DNA of 62,115 bases, filler included, from Chiloscyllium plagiosum (Eukaryota): the NCBI RefSeq assembly GCF_004010195.1. It is 3 parts of one record of this genome, joined end to end, with 100 filler letters (N's around TTAATTAATTAA, not from the genome) between each part and the next. Parts side by side here need not be neighbours in the genome. Positions count along the whole stretch, not along the records: positions 23,817 to 54,468 come from NC_057717.1; 2 more parts are not named here. One strand, written 5' to 3'. This document shows, piece after piece, positions 39,686-52,378 of this stretch. Numbering within the stretch: the first letter of the stretch is position 1; each line of letters starts with the position of its first letter. The notes beneath the pieces were generated by a model. That model searched no databases. It saw nothing but the letters and a program-made list of their open reading frames with translations, and was not told where the DNA came from. The translations under genes were made by a program, and so were the position numbers.

Positions 39686-40169
39686 TTTGGAGGTCAGAGC
39701 AAAAATAATCAATCTAAGATTCATCGTATCGATCCAAATTAAGGAAAATGACTCAGGCCCCATAAGCCTTGAGTTGCTGACTGTTTATTCATGAGCTCAC
39801 GGGCACAAGTCGACCACGATGGTCACAGGCCACAAGTCACTCCGATTTGTGTGGTCACTTCGGTTATAATCATTTAGCAATTAGCAAACTGTTAATTGAA
39901 CCATAATGAAGCACTAGGCCCAGTCATGTAGCTCTCTGGACAGTGCTGGTTAGTAGTTGATGAAGAATTATTGTAACAAAAGATTCTTGTTAAAGATCAA
40001 CATTCCCATGTTGGAAAGAGTTCACTATCAGCTGCTTGTACAGCTCCAAGGTCAGCCACCTCTCTGAGCCTGGGAACGTGTAAGCAGACACGAATATGAA
40101 AATTAAAATGGATTCCAGGCTGTCGATATGCGACAAAATGTCTGCTTGGGTTATAACAGATCTCCCACA
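39686..40169 (-). mobile_element. ERV-B 3' LTR
   Basis: Reverse complement of 32576-33071, preceded by polypurine tract. Confidence 0.88.
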
Positions 40170-40283
40170 ATTCCTTCCTTTTTTTTCTTTTCACCAAATC
40201 AAAGTGGCAGTTCAGGAGAATTGGCAAAAAGAGGAACATTACGAGTCCCAGGGGGTTGTCAGGTGATGGGGGTTCATGGTCAT

Positions 40284-41700
40284 TCAGGTTCGTATCAGAG
40301 GAAGGGATTTCACAACTAATAGAATCAGAGATTTCATAAGATGTTGAGGGTACATTAGAGACAGAAAAACGTACAAACTGGGAAGAAACAGGAGAGGACA
40401 GTACCAGTCGTGCCCAAAACGGGCAGGGCATCGTTCAAATAAAACAATGACAAGGGAAAACAGAACTGGAATTGCAATTAGAACCACAAGGCACTGTAAA
40501 CGTGTGAAAGATCGAGAGCCAAGTAAACTATCCACCCAAGTCCAAAGATCCCAATCTGGGCTTACATCATGAAGAGAGAACGCCACCCTGCGAATATGTA
40601 CACGTATGTTTGCAATGCTTTCACGAAAATCAGGGGTACAGGTGCAACATTCAGAGGCAATAAGGGCACAAGTGCTCCCTTTTTCAGCTAAAAGATCATG
40701 AAGGGCCATGCGATTCTGAAGGGCCACGGTACAGATATCTACCATCTCTTCATTTCGGCGGTCAAAAGCTGAAGCAGTGGCATTTGAAATCTCCTCCAAA
40801 GTGGTGGCAATCCTTCGAACTTGAACCTCAAGGTGAATGGTGCCATAGGGAGGAGACAAAAATAGTCAAAGATGTTGAAAAATAGTAGGTGATATTTTCG
40901 TACGAGGCATCGGACTCTCAAACGGTGAAGTGTGGGAGTGTCAAAGGAAAGGGACGACATACCCTAGATAGCAGCAGCCAATCCTGGAGACTAGTAGTCA
41001 GGGGTAGGCCTTCTGACCAGAAACAAATTTAGTGCCTTTGAAAGCGAACAAAAGATCACTTTCTACACCAGTCCAAAAGATGGTGAAAGATTATTAATGG
41101 CAGTCCTGTTGGGAACAGTGAGAATAAGTGTGCTGCCATCCATAGTGGATGGAAAATCAGATGTTGAAAGGAGGATTGAGTGAAGGCATTTACTGAACTC
41201 AGGCTGCCAACCAAAAGGGTGTTTCCTTTTAATGCAGTCGTGGATGTGACATTTGCGAGGAACAGAAACGGGGGTATACGTGATAGATTATACAGAGGCT
41301 GGAACCAGCCTTCAAAAGTGCCCATCGCATATCCCCTGATCACCACCGTAGGCGGGTTTTATCCCCATAGGTGGAAGAAGCACCCATCATTTTTAGGAAG
41401 TTGGGGGAATGCAAAAAATCATAGCAGCAGCAGAACGACTTTGATGTAATCACTATTCAGCAGTGTCAGATTCATTCAAAGGGACCGCCCTTAAGGGAAT
41501 TCCATCTTTGGAATGGAACAGAAAATGAGTACAAACCCAACATACAGAGTGGCTGACGTTCTGTACATAAAGATATGTCATATAAAGGAAAGTATTCAAA
41601 TAGAGTTTTCTCTTCGCAGGGGGCACTTGGTCACATCGACGACCCCAAACAAATAACAGCATCATCAAAAAAACAAACAAAGGAAACAGTAAAAGAACGG
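40284..41700 (-). pseudogene. env: ERV-B env
   Basis: CWVC; ORF 40284..40859 LQNRMALHDLLAEKGSTCALIASECC + TM helix; SU broken. Confidence 0.88.
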
Positions 41701-41789
41701 CAAACGCAATTAATTGAAAATATCTGTGGTTTTTGGTTTCATCGGTAATGAAGCTGTAGCCAAAAGATTTTTTCCTTAAGGTGGAACTC

Positions 41790-44700
41790 TCTTTCAATGA
41801 GTCTGCTTTCCCCATGACTTTGAGAGCTGCTCGGGTCACCAAATGGATAAGGAATGGACCTTTTCATCTCGGAGAGAGAGAGTTCTTTACAAATAATTGA
41901 ATCATAACATCATCCCTTGGCTGGAAAGGATGCATGGGACAGTTTTAAAAACAGGAATGTCCGAATTGACAGTATCATAATTTCTAATAAGAAGTTCTGA
42001 AAGAACACTTGTGTAATCAATCAAAAATCTTGCACCAGAAGCAGGACGTCGTCAACTGGCAGCACAGGATGCCCAGTTGCAGTAGGAATAGGTCTACCCG
42101 TTGAAATCTCAAAAGGAATGAGAATTGTTTAACGATTAAACTGATTCCGAATAGAGATAAAGCGAAGGTAGTGCCTCGGGTCAAGGCAAACCTATCTCTT
42201 GCGAGATTCTTGTAAAGACTACTTTAAGAATGCCATTCGTCCTTTCCACCATATCCAAGGTTTGCGGCCGATAAGGAATATGATTTTGCCAGGAGATAGC
42301 AAGAGCCTTACAAATAGTCTATAAAACAGCTGTAGTGAAATGAATGCCCCATCACTACCAACAGAACCAGGGTCTCCAAATATAAGGGTGGCATCCCGCA
42401 TCAGGCCCTTAGCAAATCTCCTACCATCATGTTTTTTGGTTGCAAAAGCCTCAAACCACTTTGAGAACATATCAACAATGTCCAACATTTATTAAAAACT
42501 TCGTCTTTTGGGCATCTGGACAAAATCTATTTGAAGTTTCACAAATAGGCCGCCATGGACAGGAAGATGGTCAAACTTGAACAATGGTTTTGAGTTATTG
42601 TTTTATAGGTAAATAAGACAACGCGATAACAGAGCATAAGCAGCAGTGGCAAACCCAGGTACAAACCAAAAATCCATGACCACATGACACATGCCCCATT
42701 TGCCAATATAGCCAACCCCATGGGCGGCTATTGCCAGGGCAGGTAAATGGGATCTGGGCAAATAATACGGCCATCAAGAAGTATAAGTAATCGAATCAGT
42801 GACACCACAATGTGCGTTTCAGACACCATCTAATAATCTAAAACTCAGGAGCAGTAGGAAACTGGCATAGTTTAGGTTAATGCGATCTGTGCATGCTTGG
42901 GCTACTGGTAGCCACCTGCGAATCCCTGTCAGTGAAGGGGTTGCCACAAGTGATGAGGTCTCCAGCAAACATGCGTTAAGTGCATTTAGTAATAGCTACA
43001 GACTAAGGGACGATTATGGCCTCCAAAAGGTTATTAATAAGTTGACTGTGTTGTGCAGGTTTACCCGAGGAAGTGATAAAACCTCTATGCTTCCAGAGAA
43101 TCGCAAAATCTTGAAACACTCCCAAAGCATAGCGGGAAACAAGATAAATATGATCTGATTTTCCAGTAGCTAAAATGCATACCCGTGTCAGAGCCAAAAG
43201 CTCAGCTGTTTGTGCAGATGTGCCATTAGGGAGAGCAGCAGATTCGAGGACGTCAGGTGGTGTGCAGCCAGCAAAGCCCGGTAGTGTTAAATGATCTGCA
43301 GGCCTGTAGGAGGAGCGATCAGTAAAATAGTAGCATGTCAGGGTTATGTAGGGGGTTTTCAGAAAGGTCGGGGCGAGTGGTAACAACATTTAAATATTCA
43401 TGATCAGGTTACTCTAAGGAGTCAGTAACAGGAAGGAGGATAGCGGGATAGCGGCATGGCACAGAGTGAGATTAGATCAGGAGAGTAGGATGACTTCATA
43501 GCCCGTAGGTCTAGAAGCAGTAAAATGCTGCGTAGCTGCAGAATTTAACAGCAGGGAGACTGAATGTGGAAGAAAAACTGTACATGGGTGTTTCAAAACA
43601 AGGGGTTAGACTTCTTTCCATTACTGAGGCAGCTGCCACAGCTCGCAAACATGCCAGCATTCCCCTTTAAACAGCAGGCAATTGGGCAGAATAAAGAACA
43701 ACAGGGCGACAGAGATGTGTCAAAATTCCAGAGGCAGAACACTCCCTTTCAGCAACATAAAGTTGACACCACTGAACATAATCAGCAAGACCCAAGACAG
43801 GTGCTGTCCTTACTAGAGGTTTTCAATGTTTAAAGGTTTGTGTCATTTCAGGAGTTCATTGTCGTTTCGATGAGTTCTTGAGCTGGCAGAGCTGCATTTT
43901 GTCCAATGAAACTTTGCGGCCATCCTGTGCCAAACACCGCAGCAGGGCAATGGTATCCTGCATACAAGCATCAGACGAAGAGGAGGCAATGAGTAAATCA
44001 CTAGCATATTGAGCAAGTACACTGCTGCAGGGCATGTGTAAACCTTCTAAAGTACGCTGTACAGCGGCAAGATAAACGTTGAGTTCTCTGTATACCATTG
44101 GGGTATCTATGCATATTGATCCATGTGTATTGAAGGCCGCCAAAAGTGAAGGCAAAATGGTACTGACTATCAGCGGATAATTTAATAGAAAAGAAGGCGG
44201 AGCAGAGGCCAACCATGGAATAAACAAGTCGGCGAAGAAGGGATGGAAGTAAGGATAGCATTTGTGTCAGGACAACGGGGTAGCAAATACCAACAACAGC
44301 ATTAATAGATCCATCTGTCAGATTTATCGGGTTTCGGTACAGGCAGAATAGGGATATTGCCTGGGTTACGCATACGAAAATGGATACCCTGAATTTAAAA
44401 GTGAGGCATTAACAGATCGAATGATTTCCATGGCAGCGGGTGTGAATGGATACTGATTGACCGATGGTAATTGATCTTCAGGCTTTTAAGTATCAGTTTT
44501 CAGGACAAAAGCAACAAAAGGCAACACCGCAGAGCGAAGAACCTTGAATTGTGAGGAGGAAAGAGAAACCTCAGCTGAAAATCCCTGAATACCAACACAA
44601 CAAAGAGTCGTAAGGGTCATATCAGAAATTGTACGAAAGCGAAAATCAGCAAACCCAGAATTTGACGGATCAGGGACACAGAGGTGCGCCATGGAACAAT

Positions 44701-45420
44701 AAAAATCCTTAAAGGGATGATCTGTCAAAAGGATGCAGTGCAGAAAAGAAACGCGGAGGAACATAGGGCGTCCTGTAGTTGCGCAATGAGGTAAGATAAT
44801 AATGAATGAAGTGACTCAGTGGCACACTGCCAGCCATACACAGAAGGGGGCGATGGTGAAGCTTCAGTCATGGCCAGACGCAGCATAGCGTAGCGTGACT
44901 CAGGAATCCCTAAAAAACCACGCCTTCAGGGCAACAATGAATAGAATTTGACCCCACCTCAGGCGTGTTCCAGAGACCTGGGTTCAATTCCCGCCTCAGG
45001 CGACTGACTGTGTGGAGTTTGCACGTTCTCCCCGTGTCTGCGTGGGTTTCCTCCGGATGCTCCGGTTTCCTCCCACAGTCCAAAGATGTGCAGGTCAGGT
45101 GAATTGGCCATGCTAAATTGCCGATAGCATTAGGTAAAGGGGTAAATGTAGGGGAATGGGTGGGTTGCGCTTCGGCGGGTCGGTGTGGACTTGTTGGGCC
45201 GAAGGGCCTGTTTCCACACTGTAAGCAATCTAATCTAATCTAATCTAATCTAATCTAATCTAATCTAATCTAATCTTAAATTTACCAAGAGTCTCACGAT
45301 CTAGCAAAGTGATCGGTCAGGAGGGTGAAATAACGGCTGAGTCTGGAGCTGTAACAAAAATAGGGATAGTATTAGAGAGGGGTTCAACCAAAGTAAAGCA
45401 GAGGCACCGATAGCATGGAC
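41790..45420 (-). pseudogene. pol: ERV-B pro-pol
   Basis: QYASDLLIAS, SAQTAELLALTRVC, IVDMFSKWFEAF; interrupted by SINE. Confidence 0.85.
44973..45275 (+). mobile_element. Young 5'-truncated HE1-type SINE inserted in ERV-B
   Basis: B-box GGTTCAATTCC, core, clean (ATCTA)n tail 45227-45275; absent from ERV-A. Confidence 0.9.
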
Positions 45421-45429
45421 CGAGTAAGT

Positions 45430-46738
45430 GTCTGAATGGCTAGTTTTTCATTATCCTTTATAAGAATTCCAGCTGAACCATCCCATATTACTCTAAATCG
45501 AGCAAGAAGGTTAAGGACAGTCTCAGACGCCCTCTGCAGGCAGCATACAACTTCGCCAAAATCACTCTGTTGCCTGGCGGCACTCAGTGGCATCTCTGAC
45601 ACATCGACCTCACCAATCAGACCCCACCTCAGGCGTGTTCCAATGTTGTGAGGAAAAATTAATAGATCCTTTAACTGAAGACCAATGGGAACTGTAAGCC
45701 AGTTGCAGTAAAGTCTGTACAACCCGGGGAAGGCAGTCATAAATGTCACAAATTTGTAAAAGCCAATTATAAAAGGGAACAGGCTGCTTTATCGAGTCTG
45801 GGATGTCTTGTAAAATGTCACGGACATCAATGTGGGTCCATGGTTTATCAAATGGAGTACGACTATTATTATTCCAGGTAATTTGCGGGGCGGAGAACTG
45901 TCAATGACTGAGGGGCCGTCTCCTTCTGAATTCAGGCCTAATTGCTGATGGTTTAAATGAGTACCGTAAGAATGGCAGAGTGTGTGGAATTAGGTGGCTG
46001 CTGCAATGCAACATCGCTTGGGATGTCGCAGGACCAACCCCTTGGGGTGGCGCTCAAAACGTATTGCAGGAGTGGCACTGGACACAGCATTCGCCTGCTC
46101 CCCATTGCGAGCGGTAACAAAGGCAACAATCTCCTCCACAACAGGCGAGATTCGGAAGGCGGTACAGGGATTTTGGGTAACTGTGGAGAATAATGCAGGG
46201 GAGCCGAGGGTGCAGGAGAAGGCGACACTCATGAGGTCAATGAGTGTCTTTTGTTTTGGGATGCTGTTGTCCTTTAGCAATGTGTTTAAACTTTTCGAGA
46301 CAGGTAAACATATAATTATGAGCCCAGGCAGGATCACTGCCCCCTCCCTGAATGAAAACCAACCAATATTCAATCTTATCTAGTTTTAATGTACCCACAA
46401 AAGGTCAGTTACCATGAGAACGCAAATAACTCAAGAGTACAGGGAACAATGTAATGACTATCACACATATCCCCTGAAATGATGATTGTGTACCAGCAGT
46501 GCTCCTACCTGATTCACGTATTTACCTTGATGTTCCAAAGTTCTTTTTGAAGATTTCTGATGCTGCAGTCCGTCCTTCACAGCAGGACAAGGAAACTTCA
46601 TCCCCAATTTCTGGATTAGTGAAACTGGTAAAGCACATCCAGAATCTGGTTTCCAGAATCTGCAGTCATTGTTTTTACCTAACTTCATCCCCAAGGGCAG
46701 CTCGTTGCTGTCGATCTTGGAAAGTTGCGATCCAATCT
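45430..46738 (-). pseudogene. gag: ERV-B gag (3' end deleted)
   Basis: Colinear with ERV-A gag without the 448-bp duplication or Penelope insert. Confidence 0.8.
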
Positions 46739-47425
46739 TAAAATTATTAGTTACGAAGCAAATAGACAAGACAAAACAGTGAACGCTGTTAATTCAAGGC
46801 GAACGCTGTTAATTTTTTTTTTTATTTTAATGTGAGGACTGCTTCCTACACTCGCCTTTTGGCTCAAAGAAGGAACAACCACAAACAGACAAAGGTGAAT
46901 GTTTAGAGGAGTCTTTAAAGGCAACCTTTGTTTAGGTATCTTATGCTTGTCTTATGCTAACGTTTTGTTTTAATTTTTTTTAAAATTCCATACAAAGGTC
47001 TCAAAACTAACACATCAGCCTCTACACAACCCAAATGTCCTTATTTCAGCTGGTGGCAGAAGAGAGAGAAAAAAAACACCCGCAGTGGACACAGCTTATC
47101 CCTTTTGGGACACAATCCGAGTAATCGCAAAATGAACCCTATGACTACTTGCAAATAAAAGCTGCTGAATAATCGCAAAATGACCCCGTTGAATTCTCGC
47201 AAATAAAATCCGCCGACGGCTCGCAAATAAAACCCGCCAAGTCATCGCAAAATGAACCAGCCAACTACTCACAAAAGTCATGCCGACTCGTCTCGAATAA
47301 ACCCAGATGATTAGTTGCAAATAAAACCTGCCGACTCAGGCAGACTGATTAATAAGTCAAAATGAAAAAAAAAGGGAAAGATCGGGTGACGTCATACAAT
47401 AGAGATCCTGCCAGCTACGCGAAAC

Positions 47426-47943
47426 TGTTGGAGATTGGAATGAAAATATTTAATCTAAGAATCGCTCGAATCGATCTGAATTAAGGAAACCGACTCGAGC
47501 CACACAAGCCTTGAAGTACTGACGGTTTATACGCGAGCTCACGGTGAGAGACAAGTCGACCATGATGGTTACAAGTCACTCCGACGACGTACAGAGAGTT
47601 GTGTCACTGTATAGGTTACAATCATTTAACAATGAGCAAACTGTTAATTAAACCATAATGAGTAATTTGGCACTTGGCCCAGTCACTAGCCACAATCACA
47701 TAGCTGTCTGGACGATGCTGGTAAGTGGTTGATCAACCATGTTTGTATAACAATAGATTCTTGTCAAAGAAGAGCATTTCCTGGCTGCGAAAGCGTTCAC
47801 TATCAGGTGCTAGCTCAGTACAAGGTCAGCCTCCTCACTGAGCCTGGGAACGTACAAGAAAACACGAATATGAAAATAAAAATGGATTCCAAGCATTTAC
47901 TATGAGACAAAATGGCCGCTTGGGTTATAACAAATCTCCTACA
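47426..47943 (-). mobile_element. ERV-B complete 5' LTR (~518 bp)
   Basis: TGTAGGAG...CTCCAACA termini, followed by TCGCGTAGCTGGCAGGAT PBS. Confidence 0.9.
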
Positions 47944-48439
47944 TCTACCCGACTTTTGTAGAGATTGTATCAATTCATCCATTTCAGTTCAATTCCGGTT
48001 GAAGTTTGGTCTTGACGAATGAATAACATGTATTTCCTTCCACGTGGAGGATTCAGCAATGAACTTGTCATTTAATGTCACTGATAATGTATTGCATGAG
48101 TATTTCTTGGAACTTCCTGGCCAAAACTAAGATATACTTTCACACCTTGTTGCACACGTGCATTACGTGATGCATAGTTTAAGGACAATTGTTTTGCTGG
48201 GTCGTCAATGCCAATGCCTACCCTTATGAGCTGAACAGCCTAAGTTAAATTCCTACAAGCTCCTATGTTGTGTTATTACATCTCGGAACAGGATAAATCG
48301 AAATTTCTACTGGAGATCGTCACATGGACGTCTGACAATGACATCCTGCAGCTGTAATGATTGACCATGTTATTTGTTACTCTCGATGGAGATTTTGTGT
48401 TGCTTGTTCTTGACTTCAGTACGTAAGGAGACATGGAAT

Positions 48440-49133
48440 ACAGGGAAGTTGGCTGCCTGTATACAATAATTGGCTGGTCACAGAAGGCAGAAGTTGGTTA
48501 GAGATGGCAAGCATTCAGCCTGGAGCATTCTGACCATTGGTGTTCTGCAGTGATCTGTTCTTGGACATTTGCTTTTTGTGATTTTTACAAATGACATCGG
48601 AGATTTGTTATAACCCAAGCGGCCATTTTGTCTCATAGTAAATGCTTGGAATCCTTTTTTTTTTATTTTCATATTCGTGTTTGCTTGTTCCTTCCAAGGC
48701 TCACTGCGGTGGTTGACCTTGTACTGAGCTCGCACCTGAGAGTGAACGCTTTCGCAGCCAGGAAATGCTCTTCTTTGACAAGAATCTATTGTTATACTAA
48801 CATGGTTGATCAACCACTTACCAGCATCGTCCAGACAGCTACGTGACTGCGGCTAGTGACTGGGCCAAGTGCCAACTTACTCATTATGGGTTAATTAACA
48901 GTTTGCTCATTGTTAAATGATTGTAACCCATACAGCGACACAACTCTATGTATCTCGTCGGAGTGACTTGGATGATGTAATGGAAGGGTGGGTTAGTAAG
49001 TTTGCTGATGACATGAAAGTTGATGGAGTTGTGTAAATGCGGAAGTCTATTGTGCTTTGAAACTGGATAATGACAGAATGCGGATCTGGGCTGAAGAGTG
49101 GCAGATGGAGTCCAAAATGGAAAAGTGTGATGT
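48440..49133 (+). mobile_element. CR1 RT fragment split by an LTR piece and cut by the ERV-C LTR
   Basis: IHNWL..RRQ, SVLGHLLFVIFTND | LDD..EGWVSKFADDMKV, WQME..MEKC. Confidence 0.8.
48598..48971 (+). mobile_element. Truncated copy of ERV-A/B family LTR, inverted relative to 47570-47940
   Basis: GGAGATTTGTTATAACCCAAGCGGCC...CGGAGTGACTTG; lacks TG/CA ends. Confidence 0.9.
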
Positions 49134-50809
49134 TGTGGGAAAAGGTTTGCTAACCCACGATAGGCTCAAAAAAGCAAAACTGTGCCAGAACACCCAGCAG
49201 CTCTGTATGCAAAAAAGGAATACAATTTAAGCTCCCATAGACATGACAGAGCACCACAGATATGTCAAAGCTTTAAGGACAGTTTCACAACCCAGCCATA
49301 CCAAAGCCACACAAAGAGCAGGACAGACAGACTGGCACCAGCAAGGACATGCTTCAGGAACAGGACAACGGAAGCACCTCAGTACTTCAGAAGAGACATT
49401 CACACCTCCCTGTGAAGATGAATAGAACCATGATACCGTCAGGATGTTGCATTGTGTGAAGGAACAGACATTCATCCAATAAACGGTTTTCCAATTAGCA
49501 TCCTTGCAACTAAATTACTCCATTTCCAAAAACATTGTAGTTTCTCATTTCTTAATCGGTGTCTTTGGTCTCATCCAGAGCTCTGGGAAGAGAAATTCTG
49601 ATCTCACAGACCGTCAGTTCTGTGTCAGCCTAGTCAATTTCTCTTCCAGCGATATCGCTTGCAATAAATTGTTTTGCCAATTTCACTTCGAAATGTGTTT
49701 TGTGATCGCTAACCTATTGGGCAAAATTATCCGACAGTTTGGAGTTAGTCGGTAGGCCATTATTTCTCTCTCAACCGGGGAAGAGAACCTCACATTTTAA
49801 ATTTAACCCAATTCGTACCTGGCGGCAGCCCCTGCCCAGCGGGTCAGAGCAAAGAAAGGCTGTACAACTGTGGAGGGTGACCACAATTCTGACCTGCGGC
49901 GAATTGGTTTCAGTTACTGCAATTCGGAAATTGTGTCGTGACTCTGGTCTGTGGAGGTGGGCACTGGACTCCTATATTGCTGCCAGAACTTGGTCTGAGG
50001 AGGTATCTGGTAAGTGGCTAAATTAAGTTTCAAATTTAACTAGTTTGCAGCTGGCTGCTGCTGTAGTTTGGAACGTGAGTAATGGCCCTGTCCTGTGGAG
50101 GTGAGCATTTGGCTTCTAAATTGTTAACTGACTTTTAAGCTGCCTCGTCTGGGCCTGAGGAGGTCGTCTGATGGATATGTAAGTTAACTGGCAGCCGGTA
50201 ATTCGGTACTAAACAGCGTGGACTGGGTTTGTGGATGTNNNNNNNNNNNNNNNNNNNNNNNNNNNNNNNNNNNNNNNNNNNNNNNNNNNNNNNNNNNNNN
50301 NNNNNNNNNNNNNNNNNNNNNNNNNNNNNNNNNNNNNNNNNNNNNNNNNNNNNNNNNNNNNNNNNNNNNNNNNNNNNNNNNNNNNNNNNNNNNNNNNNNN
50401 NNNNNNNNNNNNNNNNNNNNNNNNNNNNNNNNNNNNNNNNNNNNNNNNNNNNNNNNNNNNNNNNNNNNNNNNNNNNNNNNNNNNNNNNNNNNNNNNNNNN
50501 NNNNNNNNNNNNNNNNNNNNNNNNNNNNNNNNNNNNNNNNNNNNNNNNNNNNNNNNNNNNNNNNNNNNNNNNNNNNNNNNNNNNNNNNNNNNNNNNNNNN
50601 NNNNNTGTCAATTTCAGGTCTCCCATCTAGCTGTGTTTATTCAGAGCTGAAGTGTTTGTTTACTTTGCAGTTTGCGAACACGCTTGAGTCACGTTTATTG
50701 CCTAAACTGTCAATCACCCTGCTTGTGTTCTCTTATCTCTCTATCTCCGTTTTTTCCCCTTGAAACCTAATACAGCACTTAGATCTTATCCCAAGAAGTC
50801 CAGGACGCC

Positions 50810-52378
50810 ATGGGGGCACGGACATCCACCGTCTGCCGGGAAATGCCAGCTGTGGAACCTGGCCAACGCCATCCACGTGGTGAGAACGGCCCGGGGCCGA
50901 AAATGAAGAAGAGTACCCTGAATAGGCATGGTAAATACAAACTGCAAGAACAAGGTAGGAGATGCTCTTTTAACACCTGGATCACCGGCAGACACATGGC
51001 TTAAAGACACAAGGGACAACCGTTACGTTATCCCCTTCATAAGCGACCTTTACACCTGGTCCCAAGTGAATTGACCATATGGGGAGGTTCTTAAAAATTG
51101 ATAAAATTGATTACTGGACCATGGCCGTTACAGGGGGACACGGGGATGCCTCATGGAACACTGTCCACATGTTGCAAAGTCTTGCAAAATTTCGAGACAT
51201 TGCCAAACACCACCAGACCCTTCAACTATAAAGACTGCAGCAATAAAACCCCGACTGCAGGGACCCCTACCACCCCAGACATAGCCCCGCCATCCCACAC
51301 CCCGCAATACCTTAAGCTTCCCCAAATGGTCCCAGAGCCGGTCCGTGCTGCAAAATGAAGCCGCTGCATTTGTTACCACGCAGCCCACGAGACGCTCGCA
51401 GCAGGACACAGCAGCCGCTGAGCATTCTGAATCACTACCACTGCCCAAAACAGACAATAATGTCAGGCTCACAAGCAGCATGGCCACTGCCCTGGAATAC
51501 CAGAGCACTGAATGCCAGCTTCCACGCATAATGATTGGATCTACTCCCCTTGATAAGCCCTGCACCCATGCAGAGGTCCGGGCCATGAAACAGGATGCCC
51601 CAGACCCATTGAAAAGACCACTCGCATTTTATTATTTGCTGCTACAAATTTCCACCATTTACAATTTTCTGCCACAAGATGTGGAGGCCGTGTTACAACT
51701 CGCCTATAGTACCCACTGCGCAACAATTCGCTCTACCATTAACTTCTCCACCCAATCTTGGGACACTGCTGTAGACTGGGACAGATGGCTGGACAGCACT
51801 GTAAAATATGCGATAAAACCTAGTGCAAGGCAGCATGCAGACTTTGGTGCTGTTTCCCAGAGTCTGCAGAAAACAAACGAGCCCCTGCCAGACTTCGTTG
51901 CCTACTTTAGGGAGGTTTGGGACTCTTCAGCAAGCATTCCCTTAACAAAAAATGAGAAGCTGGCTGTACATACTCTCATCAATTGCGTGCTCCCTCCGTA
52001 AGCCCAGGAATATCAGCTACATAACTTAACCTGCAAACAATGTCCTTGGGAAATACCCTAACCACACTCTCTAACCTGGATAGGAATGGACTGTTCACCA
52101 CACCAAGACAGATGGGTGCATTCCCCCGAATTGCACAACTGGACCGCCCGAGGGACATAGCCAGACTAGGACAGAGACCTATAGGATTCTTTAAAGGACC
52201 ATGCTGGAACTGTGGCAAACCAGGACACGTGGCTAGACGCTGCTGAGTACCATGCAAGCAGGGACAGCCAGGCCCCTCCATCTCCCATTACCCACAGGCA
52301 CAGCAGCCGTAGCCCCCACCTCACAGTAGCAGCCTCACCAGGCTACCTACACCGTGGCTGATTCCTTAAACTAAATAG
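50810..52378 (+). pseudogene. gag: ERV-C gag
   Basis: MGARTS start, WPLQG, TPLDKPCT, LQKTNEPLPDFVAYF, CWNCGKPGHVARRC; frameshifts/stops. Confidence 0.85.

Larger units (their letters stand above)
23817..47542. repeat. Large inverted segmental duplication: arms 23817-35653 and 37146-47542
   Basis: Reverse-complement similarity throughout, including non-viral flank 33072-35653 vs 37146-39685 (ORF pairs 33084+/39225-, 34207+/38421-). Confidence 0.93.
39686..47943 (-). mobile_element. ERV-B: inverted duplicate of ERV-A with both LTRs
   Basis: 5' LTR 47426-47943, PBS 47405-47422, gag/pol/env remnants, 3' LTR 39686-40169; gag ATG mutated to ATT; ~525 bp deletion removing gag end and start of pro. 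Confidence 0.93.

Noticed and set aside
44973..45010. tRNA gene (B-box GGTTCAATTCC)
   Set aside because: Part of a tRNA-derived SINE head with no cloverleaf
39686..47943. ERV-B as an independent integration
   Set aside because: Shares 3' flank and inactivating lesions with ERV-A
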